Below the pieces are notes generated by a model. That model was not told the origin of the DNA, searched no databases, and worked only from the letters and a program-made list of their open reading frames with translations. From the human T2T-CHM13v2.0 reference genome, Homo sapiens: DNA of 64,000 bases. Position numbers and translations under genes: made by a program. This document shows, one piece after another, positions 38,156 to 52,780 of the stretch. The stretch lies in NCBI RefSeq assembly GCF_009914755.1, contig NC_060934.1, one strand, 5' to 3'. Numbering within the stretch: position 1 is the stretch's first letter; each line of letters opens with the position of its first letter.

Positions 38156-39669
38156 TTGGTCTTTGCAATAACCCTCTGAAATATGCTGGGCAGGAACTCA
38201 ATGTTCCCATTCTACAGATGTGAGAGCTGAGGCCCAGGGCAGTCCAATGAGAAGCTGTGTCACAGTCTTCAGATAAGAGTACCCCGACCGAGTTTCTGAT
38301 GGCATTCTGGGGAGCGGACGATGGGGGCAACAGGACTTTAGGATATCAGGGTGACCCTGAGGAGATTAAGACATTGTGTGATTGGTTCCCTTGCCAGACA
38401 CTAAGGCACAATGTGGATGGACATAAATGGGCCCATCAAGTTGAGTTAGACTTTCTCATTAATGCAAATGGTGCATTACTCAGGGATAGGACCTCAGCCT
38501 TTCATCTGAGCATTACATTTTTACTAACACAAATATGCAGAGCTACCTCCCAGGATGGTTGAGATAGCATATGTAAAGCATATGGCCTGACCCATAGAAA
38601 AGGCTGGATTACTGATAGGCTGCTATTATGGTAATTATCGTTCTGACCCCAGAAACATGTATACTGCCCTCTGGGATAGTCCAGCCAGGCCAATGTGAGG
38701 CAAAATTGCAAAGCAAGTGTGATCATTGCAGGGCAGAGGGCCTTTTGGTGCCCTCAGACACCACAGCTGGGGTTATGGTCCCAGCAAGGCTACATGCAGC
38801 CCTCCCCTAATCAACAAGGGCACTGTGGGAACTGGGCTTCTCAAATAGGAAAAAAGCCTGAGAGAGAGATTCGAGGTTGGTTTATAAACATCTGAAGGTG
38901 CTCTATGGTCTGAAGAACAGCTAATGAACAGAAGTGGATATTTTGATTAGACCCGGCTCAGTAGGAAAAGTCTGGAGACTATTTTTCCCAGTGACCCAAA
39001 AAGCAATAAAAAGACTCAGTAATTTGATCTCTGAGAATTGGTAAAAAAATTTTTTTTGAATAAAATCTAGCTTAATTTAGAAAATAAAATAATTTCCTTC
39101 ACAGGAGTAATCATTCCCATTGGTATGGGCAAGGAGGGCAGTGTTAACTCATTGGTGAATCTTTTGTGTTTATAGGAAAACCTTCTGAGAATCAGTATCC
39201 AGCCTCAGATGCAAATTTCATCAGTAGCAGCTGGCTGAATGTGAACTGTCTGGCTGCGTTGGGACAAAGACTGAGCTTGGCTGGGCATTAAGTTCTCCTG
39301 CCTCCTCTTGTCCCATCCCTGGCCTGATTAGAACTGGGAGAGTCACCTACCTATCATCAGTGATCTTCTCCATGTAATCTGCCAGCCAGACCAGCCCACT
39401 GGGGCCTCCGATGCAATGCTGATCATTTGCGGGCCATGTCTTAGATCTAGTATACCCTAGAGGGTCACCTCAGCCACCCAATTTAGGCTGTGATTTGAAT
39501 ATTGGTAAAGGGCATGATCCTCAGGAATGTTTCTTCTCTCATCCCAGGGCTTCTAAGACTGGTTTGAGCATCACTGGTCAAGAGATAGAGAGAGTATGTA
39601 GGAAGCTATATGGCCTTGGAAAATGATTTTTCCAACATGTCAAGTGACAACATAACAGCAATATGCACA

Positions 39670-39915
39670 GAGCTAATATTTATTGCCAATTTTCCATATG
39701 CCAGGCACTGTTCTAAGTTCTTTCATGAGCTTAACTCATTTCGTTCTGAAAACAACCTTTCAAGGTTGTTACTGTTACTATCCCCAGTTTACAGATGAAA
39801 AAATTGAGCCACAGATTAGATGACTTGTCCTAAACTTCACATTGATTTAATGATGGTCAGGATTTGAACTCAGGCAATCTGGCTCTAGTGTTCATGTGTT
39901 TAGTCACTACCCAGA
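39670..39915 (-). mobile_element. MIR
   Basis: tatgccaggcactgttctaag...ttttacagatgaaaaaattgag...ggatttgaactcaggcaatctggctc. Confidence 0.85.
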
Positions 39916-41325
39916 ACTGAGTTTTCAATCATCTCTAAAACATCATCTCCTTTCAAAAGTCTGCTCCATAGCTTCCCTAGGAGAACCACGCCTTCAGAAA
40001 TGCATGAGCTGGAGTTTCCTCCTTCTTCTAGTAACAAAATGCCAAGCATGCAACAGGAACATGCGAGTATTGCCTAGAAACCACATGGCTTATCATATGC
40101 TATCCCTCATAATTTATTTTTATGAGTGTAGTAAGTGGTATCAGCATTTTATATGCATGTATTTATATTTGTTAATTTAATTTATGCAAATGCCTCATTT
40201 ATGTAAATCATATACAGATCCACCATCAGAATATCTTTAGCAAAATAACATGATCAAGATATTTAGGAATCTGACATATATAATCAGAGAATACAAATGA
40301 TTTTTACTACATGTTCGTTATGCCACAAAGTTCATAAGATGTTAACAGTCTAGTTTCACCAGAGCTTGCTTTGCAGTGTTTTGGTTGGCCTGTCTTTTCC
40401 TCCTGCCCCATCTCATCCCTCCTTGGATGGCCAATGCTAGCCAGGGTGCTGCTGGGAGAGAGGAAGTCTGAGCTGCAGCAACATTTGAAGGCTTGCTTTT
40501 TCATTCACTTCTGAGGGATGAGGTTACAGTGTGTAAACACAATACTGTATTTCATAGCTATCCCGGGGCTTTGGGCTTGATCCTTCCATGATAGTGGTGT
40601 CCTCATTACCAATTCATGATGCTGCCAGGCAGTCATCATGAATAATCAGCTTCCCCCTAAATCTGGACCATCCGTTCTGAGTTTCTGGCATGTTGCTTCA
40701 ATGAGAAGTGAGAGATTTTTATCTCATTTCAGGGAGGAAACTCTGTGTATGACTTTATATCCAACTCTGGGACTAAATAAATGCATTTAATACTGTGACC
40801 CTAAGAATAAAAGGTGGTGAAGAGTTCTAGAGGTTGTTTGTACTCACACTCATAAGGCCAGGAAAAGGGGTGATGGGAAGATTTAACATGATCTTCTGTC
40901 AATCATACCTCAGGACCCAGAACATTCTATACAGCTACTCCAATCACGTAGCCTGAAGGAGCAACATTGCTACTTATGATGAAAGCTAAAAATATCATCT
41001 TCCATAGTAAAGTAAAAACTTATTATAGTAGCCAGCTATCTTCTCCACCCACTGTTTGCTTAGGAGAACCACTGACCATCACTAAATACATCAAGAAATC
41101 CTTGTTTCTCTGTGCCCTGGAAGCTGCTACAGAGAGAATTGCCCATATGAGAAGCTGTGAATTTCAACCTATGGAGCATGCGTCCTCATGACCTTCTGTT
41201 TTCAGCTCATATTTGAACACCCTGTTGGTTTTTTTATCCATGGCATCTTAATGTGTCTGATATGGCTCTATGGGTCACCCAGACACCCTGGTGTAGATGG
41301 CCGTTTCTGGTGCTCTGGAAGATAA

Positions 41326-41819
<494 letters not shown>

Positions 41820-42319
41820 TAGAAAGTAAACACTTTAAAAAATCACTTGACCACCACTTGAGCTGCTCACAAAGCTCTTTCCAACATCTTGTCTTGCCAC
41901 CTGGGACAAACAGTGGAGTTCACACAGATTAGATCTTGAAGCAGGCGAACTAAACCCCCTCAGGAGCTCCTGCAAAGGGGTGAAGGGTGGGCAGGTCAGG
42001 GAAATGTACCGATTCTTCACAGAGAAGCAACACAACATTCATGTTTTTCTAAATGAGGAGAAAATCCACTTTTAGCTTAGACTGAAAGAGAAATTCAGCA
42101 TGGATCTGCTCATCACCATAGCGTGTACAGCACAATAAGACAGCAGACTCTGGGCCATTGGATCACGGCTACTCTAATGGGCAAGTGCTCCAGCCAGGGG
42201 ACCAGAAAGCAGGCAGCCAGCATTTTCAGCACTTAGTGGGGATGAATGGAGTCTTCCAGATCATACCATCACAGCCTAAGGACAGCCTATAAATTAAGTG
42301 TTGAGCATTTAAGAAGTCA

Positions 42320-42490
42320 GAGGTACAGAACCTGGACTCTGGAGTCAGAAAGAAAGGGCCTTGAATCCTGTCTCTACTACTTATTAGCTGCTTGTCATGG
42401 GAAGTACCTCAGCCTCTCAAAGCCTCAGTTTCCTCATCTTTAAAATGGGTATAGTGGTGTACCTACCTTACAGAGTGGTTATGAGAACTG
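42320..42490 (+). mobile_element. MIR
   Basis: ggactctggagtcaga...agcctcagtttcctcatctttaaaatggg. Confidence 0.85.
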
Positions 42491-42699
42491 GAGGCACACG
42501 CCCTGTAGAAGATTAGCCAATTCCATCCCACGGGGTTTGGGTGAAGAGGACCATGAGGCCCATGGAAGAATATCACACAAGCTTGTAGAGCACAAGAGGA
42601 GAAGCCAAGAGCAGGCTGGAACAGAGAGTGTTTCCTTGGCCTCAGTGAGTCATGGTCAACTCTAGTTTCTCTCAGTATTTCTCTGAGGTCCAGCCTCTT

Positions 42700-43940
42700 C
42701 CCTATGCCTCAGCCATCAGCCCAACCTGCTTGTCTTGTAGGCTCCTTACACTCAACCTGTTGAAAACTAAGCTGTTGCTTTGCCAGTGCCTTGGGTTCTG
42801 TTTTCGAGATTGGCACCATCATCCATTCAGTCACCCAAATTGCAAGCCTAGGAGTCATTGCAGATGCCTCCTCCTTCCATAACCCCATGTAGTTAATCAT
42901 CGACTAAGTCCTGTGATTTTGCCATCAAGATAGTTCTCAAACACGTCCCTTCCTCTGTCAGCTCCTCCCTTCCTACGACACTGCCTCTGGAGGCCACCAT
43001 CTCTTTTCAGCCACTGTCCCACTCCCCATCTATGTCCCTTGCTTCCTCTCTCCATGCTACGGCCAGAATGATCTATTAAAAAACAAATCTCACCACATGA
43101 CTCCTTTTCTTAACTTTTTAAATAGCTTTCTTTTGCCTGGTTTTTGATCACCGTCTCATTCCTTTGATCAGCATTATTTATTGAGCATTTACCATGTTCT
43201 GGGCAGTGTGGAAGGCCTTGGGTGTATAATGTGAGCATGTGCCTGACCTGTGCTGATGGAGGAGACAAATATTTACCACCGAATCATGGAAATAAAGGCA
43301 CAATCATACATGTGGTGAGGGCTACCAGGCATCAGGTAGAGTAACAGGCCTGAAGACAGCAGGCTCAAGCAGTCTTTGGGGACTGGGGTTTCCCTAGTGC
43401 CCCAGAAACATCCTCCCCATCCTCTGCTTTGTAATTTATGGCTCAAAAATTATGACATGTCTGTAGTACCCTGAGTGCTCGCCACTGGTTCTTTCTTTTG
43501 TGCTTTTTTTTCCCTGCCATCCCTACTACCTGGAGGTTTCTCCCCTCCCCAGCTGGATAACTCTCAGTTTTCCTGACCGTCTGCCAAATGTCCCATCCTC
43601 CAGCAACATGTCACCTCCTCCAAAACATTGAATTCCCTTTCTTGCTTCCTTCTCTGTGCCACCTGTAATAGACAAGAAACATATGTCTCAGCGCACTAGA
43701 ATAACCACACTATGGTGTGGTATGGTTGTTATAACTTGCCTGTCCAGGGAGTAGCACTTTGAAGATGTTTAATAAATAAATGTCTAATTGAATAAATAAA
43801 TCAATATTTATATGTTTGTCTCTCCACACTATTTGGCTGTGGCTTCCTCAGAAGCAGGGACTATGTTTAGCCAATTGTGTATCCCCAGCACTCTGCATGG
43901 GTTTGGGCAGAAAATATGTCTCCATAAATGAATGAGTTCT
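42700..43940. mobile_element. Cluster of L2 fragments in both orientations
   Basis: ggcaccatcatccattcagtcacccaa, ggccagaatgatct, tttattgagcatttaccatgttctggg, gcagggactatgt...tatccccagcac. Confidence 0.7.
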
Positions 43941-44639
43941 CTGAAGATAGTAGCCAGCGTCCTCAAATAATGTTCCTCCTTAGTTTGTTTGGACTAAGTG
44001 ATTTATTTTTAGGGGAGGGAGGTGAAAAACACCAATTTTCTTCTAAGAATTTTGTTTCAAGGACTCTGCAAACCAAGCGACAGTGACACCAGAACTTTAC
44101 AAAATGGTCCATTAAAACAGGTGTGTTTGGGGAGGGGATGGTGACTTTGCCAGAACTCATCCAGCACTTTAGCCATGGTTGTTTGTGTGCAAATAAATGC
44201 ATGCATCATTTATTTTCAGCCTTTGATAGCCTCCTTTGGTCTCTACCTCCTTGACAAAGGTCAAGAAATAAGAAAATAAATGATATTCTGGAAGCCAATT
44301 CTCTTCCCTCAGGTGGCAAATAACTTCTTACTTCTCTTCAGTCCCTGCCTCTTAACCTCCCAGTGATTTTATCTTATGGTCCTTTACAAATCAGTGAATC
44401 TCAGAAATCACGTCCAGGGCCAGTTATTTTATGGAAAAGTGATTAAATATGACTGAAACATTTTAATTGCCAGAAGACCTATTGTCTAACTCAAAAAGAA
44501 AAAGAAAAAAATAGCAATTCACAATGTCCACATTAGCTCTTCCCAGTGGGTTTATTTGCACATGAGCAGCCAGCATTCCCTGTCCTGGAGCCTCCAGGAA
44601 GTTCCCTCCCTGTTGATGGGCAGCTGTCTTAGTCTTTTC

Positions 44640-44666
44640 CTTTTCCTACTCATTTTTCTTTTTCTT

Positions 44667-44701
<35 letters not shown>
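44640..44701 (+). repeat. T-rich tract ending in a pure T run of ~33
   Basis: Directly visible. Confidence 0.95.
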
Positions 44702-44702
<1 letters not shown>

Positions 44703-45680
44703 TAAATGCAGAGAGCTTGCATCCCACCTCTGCTAACCTTTTGACTGCAGGCTAAAGAGATAATTTGAATTTTTAAATATATTGCCAATATGAAGACAAA
44801 GCGATTTTGACATTAGTAAATCCTCGGTTTTTGTCTGAGTTGGAAAACACCAGGAAAGCAGGTTTTAGAAAGCCTGTGTAGCTCTCCCAGAGCAGCCAGA
44901 AGCAAGGTCTAGTCCAAGACGAGGTTCGCTCTTGATTTAATCCCCTCTGCAAGTTGCCATTGCCCACAGCTGCCTACCACACACGGACTTGACAGGAGCT
45001 TCAGAGAGTCCCTTGATGGAGAAAGATGGGTGACCTTGGGTACTGGCATCTGGCAAGGGGCTGTGGGGATTAAAACCCTGACGGCATTTCTGCTAGGAAA
45101 GAAGGAAGGAAGGAAGGAAGGGAGGGAGGGAGGGAGGGATTAAAATTAACCCCAACCCCTTGCAAGGACTGTAATTCAGACCGATTTTGATTTTGCAGTT
45201 TTTGTACACTATAGTCAAGGTAATGTGGTTCACAAAATCCCCTGGAAACAAACTGACCAGAAAAAGGACTTGTCTCTTTCTAAAAGGAGGCTCCCTTTCT
45301 CATCCCGAGTTATGAGGGTCACTTCAACCCCCCTCCACCCCCCAGGTCATGGGTCCCATCACGAGGCAGCTGCCATACAGAGCTCAACTCATCCACCTGG
45401 ACAACGGACACCAGCTGACATAGAGCTCAGCCTCAGGTTCTCCTTGATATTTGCAGAGGCCCATTTTGAACAAAGTGCAATCACAGCAGGGGTCCCATAT
45501 AGCCAGACAGATGGTCCATTTTGATGTATTGCCTGAACACAACCTAGTTAATGTAGCGTCAGGAATTGGCAATAACAGGTATCCTTTTCAGTCACCAAAC
45601 AGAAACAGTTCTCTTATTAATAAGGTTAAGGGAAGTCTCTACTTTGTAACATCTATTTGTAGCTTATTAAAAATACTCTT

Positions 45681-45964
45681 GGCTGGGCACAGTGGCTCAC
45701 ACCTGTAATCCTGGCACTTTGGGAGCCCAAGGCACATGACTAGCTTGAGCCCAGGAATTCAAGACCAGCCTGGGCAACATAGAGAGACCTCATCTCTACA
45801 AAAAATAGAAAAATTAGCCAGAAGTGCTGGTAGTCCCAGCTACTAGGGAGGCTGAGGTGGGAGAATCACCTGAGCCTGGGGAGGTTGAGGCTGTAGGGAG
45901 CTGTCATCACACCACTGCACTCCAGCCTGGGAGACAGAGCAATACCTTGTCTCAAAAAAGAAAA
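45681..45964 (+). mobile_element. AluJ
   Basis: gcttgagcccaggaattcaagaccagcctgggcaacatag. Confidence 0.92.
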
Positions 45965-46052
45965 GGAGTCTCACTGTCACATGTCATGTATTATACTTGG
46001 AACCAAATTCAAACAAGCCACAGCAGGTCCAATTTTTAAATTTTCTTTACAC

Positions 46053-46217
46053 CAGTGCTTCTCAAACTTCAATGTGCATGTGAATCCCCTGGAATCTTGT
46101 TAAGATGCAGGCTGATAAAATAGGCTTGGGGCCATGCCAACATTCCGCCTCTCTAGCTAGCTCCCAGGTGATGATGCTGATGATGTTGGTCCACAGACCA
46201 CACGTTGAGTATGGAGA
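46053..46217. mobile_element. MER5A
   Basis: cagtgcttctcaaacttcaatgtgcatgtgaatcccctggaatcttgttaagatgcagg...ccacgttgagta. Confidence 0.85.
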
Positions 46218-46539
46218 TTTCATAACAGCACATGCCCAGTGGCTTATCCAATATAACAAAAAGCATCAGTCCCTGGCATGAGTTCCTGATGAGGACAGAC
46301 TAAGGACCTCATATAGGAGCACGTGGGAAAGTTTAAGAATTTGGAAAGAAGCATTGAAAAGTCACAATTCTACCTACTCTAGAATAACTCCTGTGGTAAG
46401 CTGAAGGCACTGGAGAGTGAGGGGTTGAGCAGGTGGAATTTCTTCAACCATTATTGAGAAATAGCCTTGTGCAAGGCTTGACAAAGTATGGTCTGTGGGC
46501 CAAATACAGCCTACTATCTGCTTTTAAAAACAAAGTTTT

Positions 46540-47186
<647 letters not shown>

Positions 47187-47574
47187 TTACAGATTGTTTA
47201 TCACTGTTTTTCTACTACAACAGCAGAAGCATGCAGTCACAACAGAGACCCCCACAGCCCACGTGTCTGGCCTTTTACAGAAAAAGTTGCATAGGGGCTT
47301 GCTTGGGTTTTGTAGGCAGCAAGGTTGATTTTTTTTCTCAACTTAGTGTACCAGATGTGTCATCTTGAGAAGTAACCCAGTTCCCTCAACTGTAAAATGG
47401 GATCATGATAATAATATCAAAATACCCACTTTATAGTGTTTACAAAATTCAACAATGCTTATACATCCTTATCACAGGATTCCCAAAATTCGAGCTGTAA
47501 CTTTAGTTATAATGATGACAGAGGGCCCCAGAGTCATCATCATGCACCTTTCTTTGCATTTAAATCTGTTTTGG

Positions 47575-47720
47575 AGAGATGATGTTAAAAATATTTAACA
47601 ACAGAATGTCGGGGCACTGTCCAACAGAGAGGCTGCCGTATTGTGGCAGGGTCTCAGAGGCCCTGCTGAGCCAGGTGTTACCACTTCTTTGGCTATATAG
47701 TTGTTAAATATTTTAAAGAT
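47575..47720. mobile_element. MER63-like MITE
   Basis: Inverted repeats aaaatatttaacaac / gttgttaaatatttt. Confidence 0.55.
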
Positions 47721-48429
47721 TATTTTTGGCCCAATTTATATTAACCCCAGTCAGGAAAGGGGACCCTGTAAGCGGTCCAGGAAGAGGGTTCAAATTTTTT
47801 CTACTGAAATTATAATCACCATAATCCCAACACGCTGTCTTCCACAAGAACGGTTAGATCGGGGATGGGTCATTTGGCTGATCTGATAAAGGGATTCTGG
47901 GTACAGGGAGTTGAAGTCACTGGGTGACGACTCTCTGTAACTCAGTGGTTTGATGTGCCCATGGGGCCAGGGACCTATTTCTGGATTCACTGACGTATTC
48001 GACTGTTACTACTGAGTACCTACGTACAAGGCACTTTGGAGGGAAAACTTATCTCAAAGGGCTTCCCACCTTCCACGGGGGTCACCAATAGTTGTCCCCA
48101 GAAGTTTCTTGTTTGACCTGCACAGTATTTTTTTTAATTTAGAAAAATATTTTAAAATCTGGAGATTTCATTTAAAACTTCAGGTTTTTAACCTCTTTGG
48201 AGAAATAAAACCAAAGACCTCAGAATCTTTTTTGACACTGGGCCCACATTCCTCCCACCTGGCCACATTCTGCTGGGACAGCCCCTGCCCTATTTAGACA
48301 GAGAATGAGCTCTCTGAGTCACCACCGCCGTCACCCACCCTTCCTGATGTCACACAGCCAAGCTCCCTCAATTATGTCACAGACACACAGGGATGTAGTG
48401 GCGAGGGAGGGCTCTGGGGTGGATGGGTG

Positions 48430-48610
48430 ACACTTCTTACTATGTGCCCTTGGGCAAGTTACTGAATCCCCCTGTGCCTGAGTTTCTTCCCCTGAAAAAT
48501 GGACATAATTAAGAGTCCTTATCGTATATGTTTGTTGTAAAGATTTAAAAGGGTAATAAGAACAAAGTGCTTAGAACAGTCCTTGGCACACAGTAAATGC
48601 TGAATAAACA
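48430..48610 (+). mobile_element. MIR
   Basis: ccttgggcaagttactgaatccccctgtgcctgagtttc...aaagtgcttagaacagtccttggcacacagtaaatgctgaataaa. Confidence 0.88.
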
Positions 48611-51600
48611 GGCCTCCTTCTCCTATATTCTCCTGTAAGATTCTAGGAGATGAGGGCAATTTGGAACAGCCTGTCTTGCTAGGTCATTTGCCTCAACCAT
48701 GAAATGTAAACTGAGTATTTGGAAAACACCTTCGATGGTGCCAGTTCAGAGAAGGGTCCTTGGGGTTTCTCCCATAGTCTCTGCCCCATCCTGTTCATGG
48801 GCCCCAAATACAAACAGCATTTGTATACGAATAGCACTCAGAGGGGAGGAAGCAAGGCAGACAGAAGCAGGTCCTTCTCTTCTCTTGGCAGAATTGCCAA
48901 GGAGTCTCCCGGAGGCCACATGCAACGCACTACGGAGAAAGAACCCTGGGCTCATGGTAACGAGCCCACTCCCCTGGAGTCAGACACCACCAGCAAACTG
49001 ACTTGGGGGAAAACATCCAGGAAAAAAGCCTAGATGACCAGTGTTACACATCAACTAATCTGTGATTCATACATATTCAGAAGGAAAGTGAGTGAAAAAC
49101 CGGCGTTTCAGGCAGCTTTACATTTTCAAATTAAGTTAATAAAATAAGATTTCCAATGTAATGACAAATTAATTCTTCTTTTCATAAGTTTATTAAAATA
49201 AGCGTCTCCTATCTTCTAACTAGTGCTGACATATGCTTACATAGATACATCCTACCCAGTAACCTAATCTCCCAGCAATCTTGAAGCAATTAACTCCTTC
49301 TAATCTTGAGCTAACAAAGCCCACCACGCCAAAGACCCCTGAGAGCGCCCCACAGCAGCCTCCCTCTCCTGCTCCGAGCCACCCTAGCTGGGTCCGATGA
49401 AGTGGCCCAGAGTGGTGATTCGGCTCAAACAACCAGATGAGTCATCACAGATCATAAGATCTTCATTAACTCCTTCTTTCTCTGCTAATTAACACAAAAA
49501 GAATGAGTTGAACGTCTGACAGGCAATGACTGACCCACTGCTTGGTGGTTAATGGAATGCAAATGACATCTAATGAGGGTCTCTCCTGGTAGCGTGGGCA
49601 GCTGGCCTGCTATTTTTGTTGTGGATTTTGTTGTGTTGGAGCTCCGTGAAAAGAGTTTACCCAATAATTTAAACAGCAGCTGAGTTTGTAATATAACGTC
49701 CATGCGTTTATGTATGTCTGACACATGGCAGAATTAACTTAAGCTGTTAACCACGAGGTCTAGCTGAAAATACCGCAATTCAGGGGGAGAAATACGGCTT
49801 CAGATCCTTCCAAATGAAGCACAATATTTGTTGATTGAGTTATGTAATGCATTTCGGATTTTGTTTTAATGTGACAGTGGCAAGCATGTTGCTTTTGGGT
49901 TGGGGGGTGGGGGGTGGGTCCTGAGCATAGCCTTGGCAATTTATTATAGCTTAAAAATGTCTGCAAAACCGAAGTTTCATCACCTAAGATTTATCTTAGA
50001 ATACAAAGAGAAAAAACAGCCCAAGTATGATTTGTGTGCTGTCAATAAAATGGTGATTCAATGAAGGGGATTTCTGCAATGAAAACAATAATACAGCTCA
50101 AAGAAGAAATCTTATTGTCTATTTCTAGCTGTTAATCGACAGTTTTATAAACAAAAGCATGATTTTTAAAAAAAGGTTCTATTAAGATGCATGCTTCTTT
50201 ACTCCACCTGCTCTCATTCCCCTCACCTGGGTAGGAAAGGCACTACTAGTTAAAATTCCAAACTCTCTTCTCAACCCAGATCCTTAAAAACCTTCCTTTT
50301 TACTAATGAATTGGCAACTCACTCATTGAAGACACCTGGTGTTGCCCAGTATTGATCTATACTAAAGCCTCGCTTAAAAACAAAAAGTATAGAATGGCTA
50401 TTGTGAAATTCAAAGGAATTATCACTCTATGAAATAGATTCTCTGAATTTGGACAATATCCTGGCTCATCCCACTTTTGCATATTCATTTTTTCAACAGG
50501 TAGAATTCACCGGTGCCTATGAGTAGTTTGAATCTGCTGTGCATTCTATGAACTTTCGAGATTAATGACAAACAATTTACCACTTTCTAACTAGTGGAAG
50601 GGAGGTAGTGAAAATTATTGGTTTTTGCTTGACAGTTGTAAGGAGTTGCCAGAAAGATGATTTCTCCCAAATTTCAAACTTCTAACTCCTTCTGGATTTC
50701 AGGATCAGTCAGGGATACCCTTTTTTCCTTCTTCCACACAGAATTTCTCTAGGTCCCAGTCTTGAAACGGATGAAGATATTTATCCTTCTCTCTGTTCTT
50801 TGCTATTACGTCTTCCTGGGATCCCCTTTCCCTGGATCTTACCGCTACTTATCATCCAAGTAGGTCTCAGCTGAAATGACACTTTTCACAGATTGCACGG
50901 TCACCTGAGGCAGACCCCAGTCCCCCCTTGCTTCATCACCAAAGGTTAGTTCATTCCCTGTCTTTGTTGTGTCTCCTGGTGCTTGTTCACTGTCTGGCAT
51001 TCCACTGGACCCTAAACTCCCTGAGGACAAAGACCTTGCTTGCTGCATTCCAGGAGACGGAGCAAGGCCCAGTACCCAGTAGGGGCTCAATCCGTGTCTG
51101 TAGAACGAAGGTGTGGATGAGGGAACATGAGATGCTCCCTCCAGAGCCTGGACTTGTGCACCTCGGCGACTTTGCTCATCTGTGTTCTTTGCCAAATTCC
51201 CCTCTCCCCTTCTCCCTCCTGGGAAACCCTGCTCAGGCTTCAAGACTCAATTGAAGGTGTTGTCTTCAACCCAGCCTTCTCCAGTCTCACAAAGCAGAAT
51301 TTATATTTCGACTCTCAATGGGTTTAAACTTCTGGCCACTGGCTTGTATGGATTCTGTGTCTCTCTGTCTCCTTGGCTAACCTGTGAGCTCATAGAGGCA
51401 AGAAACTTTGTCTAATTCTACTTTGAACTTCTCACACACCAAGCCCAATGCCAGGAATTTAAGTCTTCAAAAATAAATAAATGGAAAAATTAAACTATCA
51501 TTCTATTTTTAAGGAAAAGGCCTTGTCTCTCATTAGGGAACTCTACCAGAAGTAACCATAACAGAGAACACACAACCCTTTCAGAGAGGTGGCAGGGGTA

Positions 51601-51649
51601 CACACAGGTCACACGCTTAAATACGTAACCTCTAGTCCCCATAATGCTC

Positions 51650-51770
51650 TTCAAAACATCCCCATTTGACAGATAAAGAAACTGAAGCTCCAAGAAGTTA
51701 AGTAACATGCCCTCTGTGCTCAGGTAGTATGGAGCAGTGGTGGGAATAGAACCCATTTTGAAATCAGGTC
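51650..51770 (-). mobile_element. MIR
   Basis: ccccatttgacagataaagaaactgaagctccaagaagttaagtaac. Confidence 0.8.
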
Positions 51771-52477
51771 AAACTTCATGCTCCTCTTGTCAACCTTGAG
51801 TATAATTTGTTGAGCTTTAACATTAAATCACCATTTTGATGGTTTCTTGTGAGAAATTCCCAGTGGGTATGCATTTCTATATTGATTCTGTCTTGGCTGT
51901 TCAACTGAATAGAGAATGTGTCTTTCTGCAGGGGGCAGGCAGAATTGGTAAAACTGAGTCATTGGTATGGGTGTTATTTTAAACTACCCTTTTCACAAAC
52001 TTTAAAGCATCCCAGTTCCTCATAGTTGGGTAAGAAAAACATAGGAGAGGAAGAGAGGAAAAAAAGCAAAGAGGACAGAAAGGTGTTCTACACTGTACAG
52101 ACTAGTGATAGAGTGTCAAATTCCATATCTTGGTGTCCCCACCTACAACAGGACCTTCCTAGCACCTGCCCCAACCAGTTCTGTCGGAATCTGGAAATGG
52201 AAAATAAAAATGACATTTTAAGTAGAAATGCCTTTAAAGAAACATTTTCAGTAATTATGGGGTCCATAGTACCATTACCATCACTTGGCTAGCCCTTTCC
52301 AAACTTTCAAAAAGTCTTTGGAAATGTTTTCAACCAACTAAGCAGCAGAATGCCCTGGGCAAAACCCATTTCCACCCCATGTGACTCTGGGGATCAGAAG
52401 TCCTGGGGCAGGCAGCTTGGAGCCACCTCAGGTGATAGCATGAGTTTGACAAAAACCAGTATTAAGCATAGAGGTAG

Positions 52478-52780
52478 GGCCAGGGTGGTAGCTCACACCT
52501 GTAATCCCAGCAGTAAGGGAGGCTGAGGTAGGAGGATCTCTTGAGTCCAGGAATTCAAGAGCAGCCTGGGCAACAGAGTGATACCCAGTCTCTACAGAAA
52601 AATTAAAAATTAGCCAGGTGTGGTGACACACACCTGTAATCCCAGCTACTTGGGAGGCTGAGGTAGGAGGATCCCTTTAGCCCAGGAGTTCAAGGTTGCA
52701 GTGAGCTGTGATCATACTACTGCACTTCAGCCTGGGTGTGACAGAGGGAGACACTGTCTCAAAAAAAAAAAAAAAAGAAA
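52478..52780 (+). mobile_element. AluJ
   Basis: Full dimer with A-rich tail. Confidence 0.93.
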
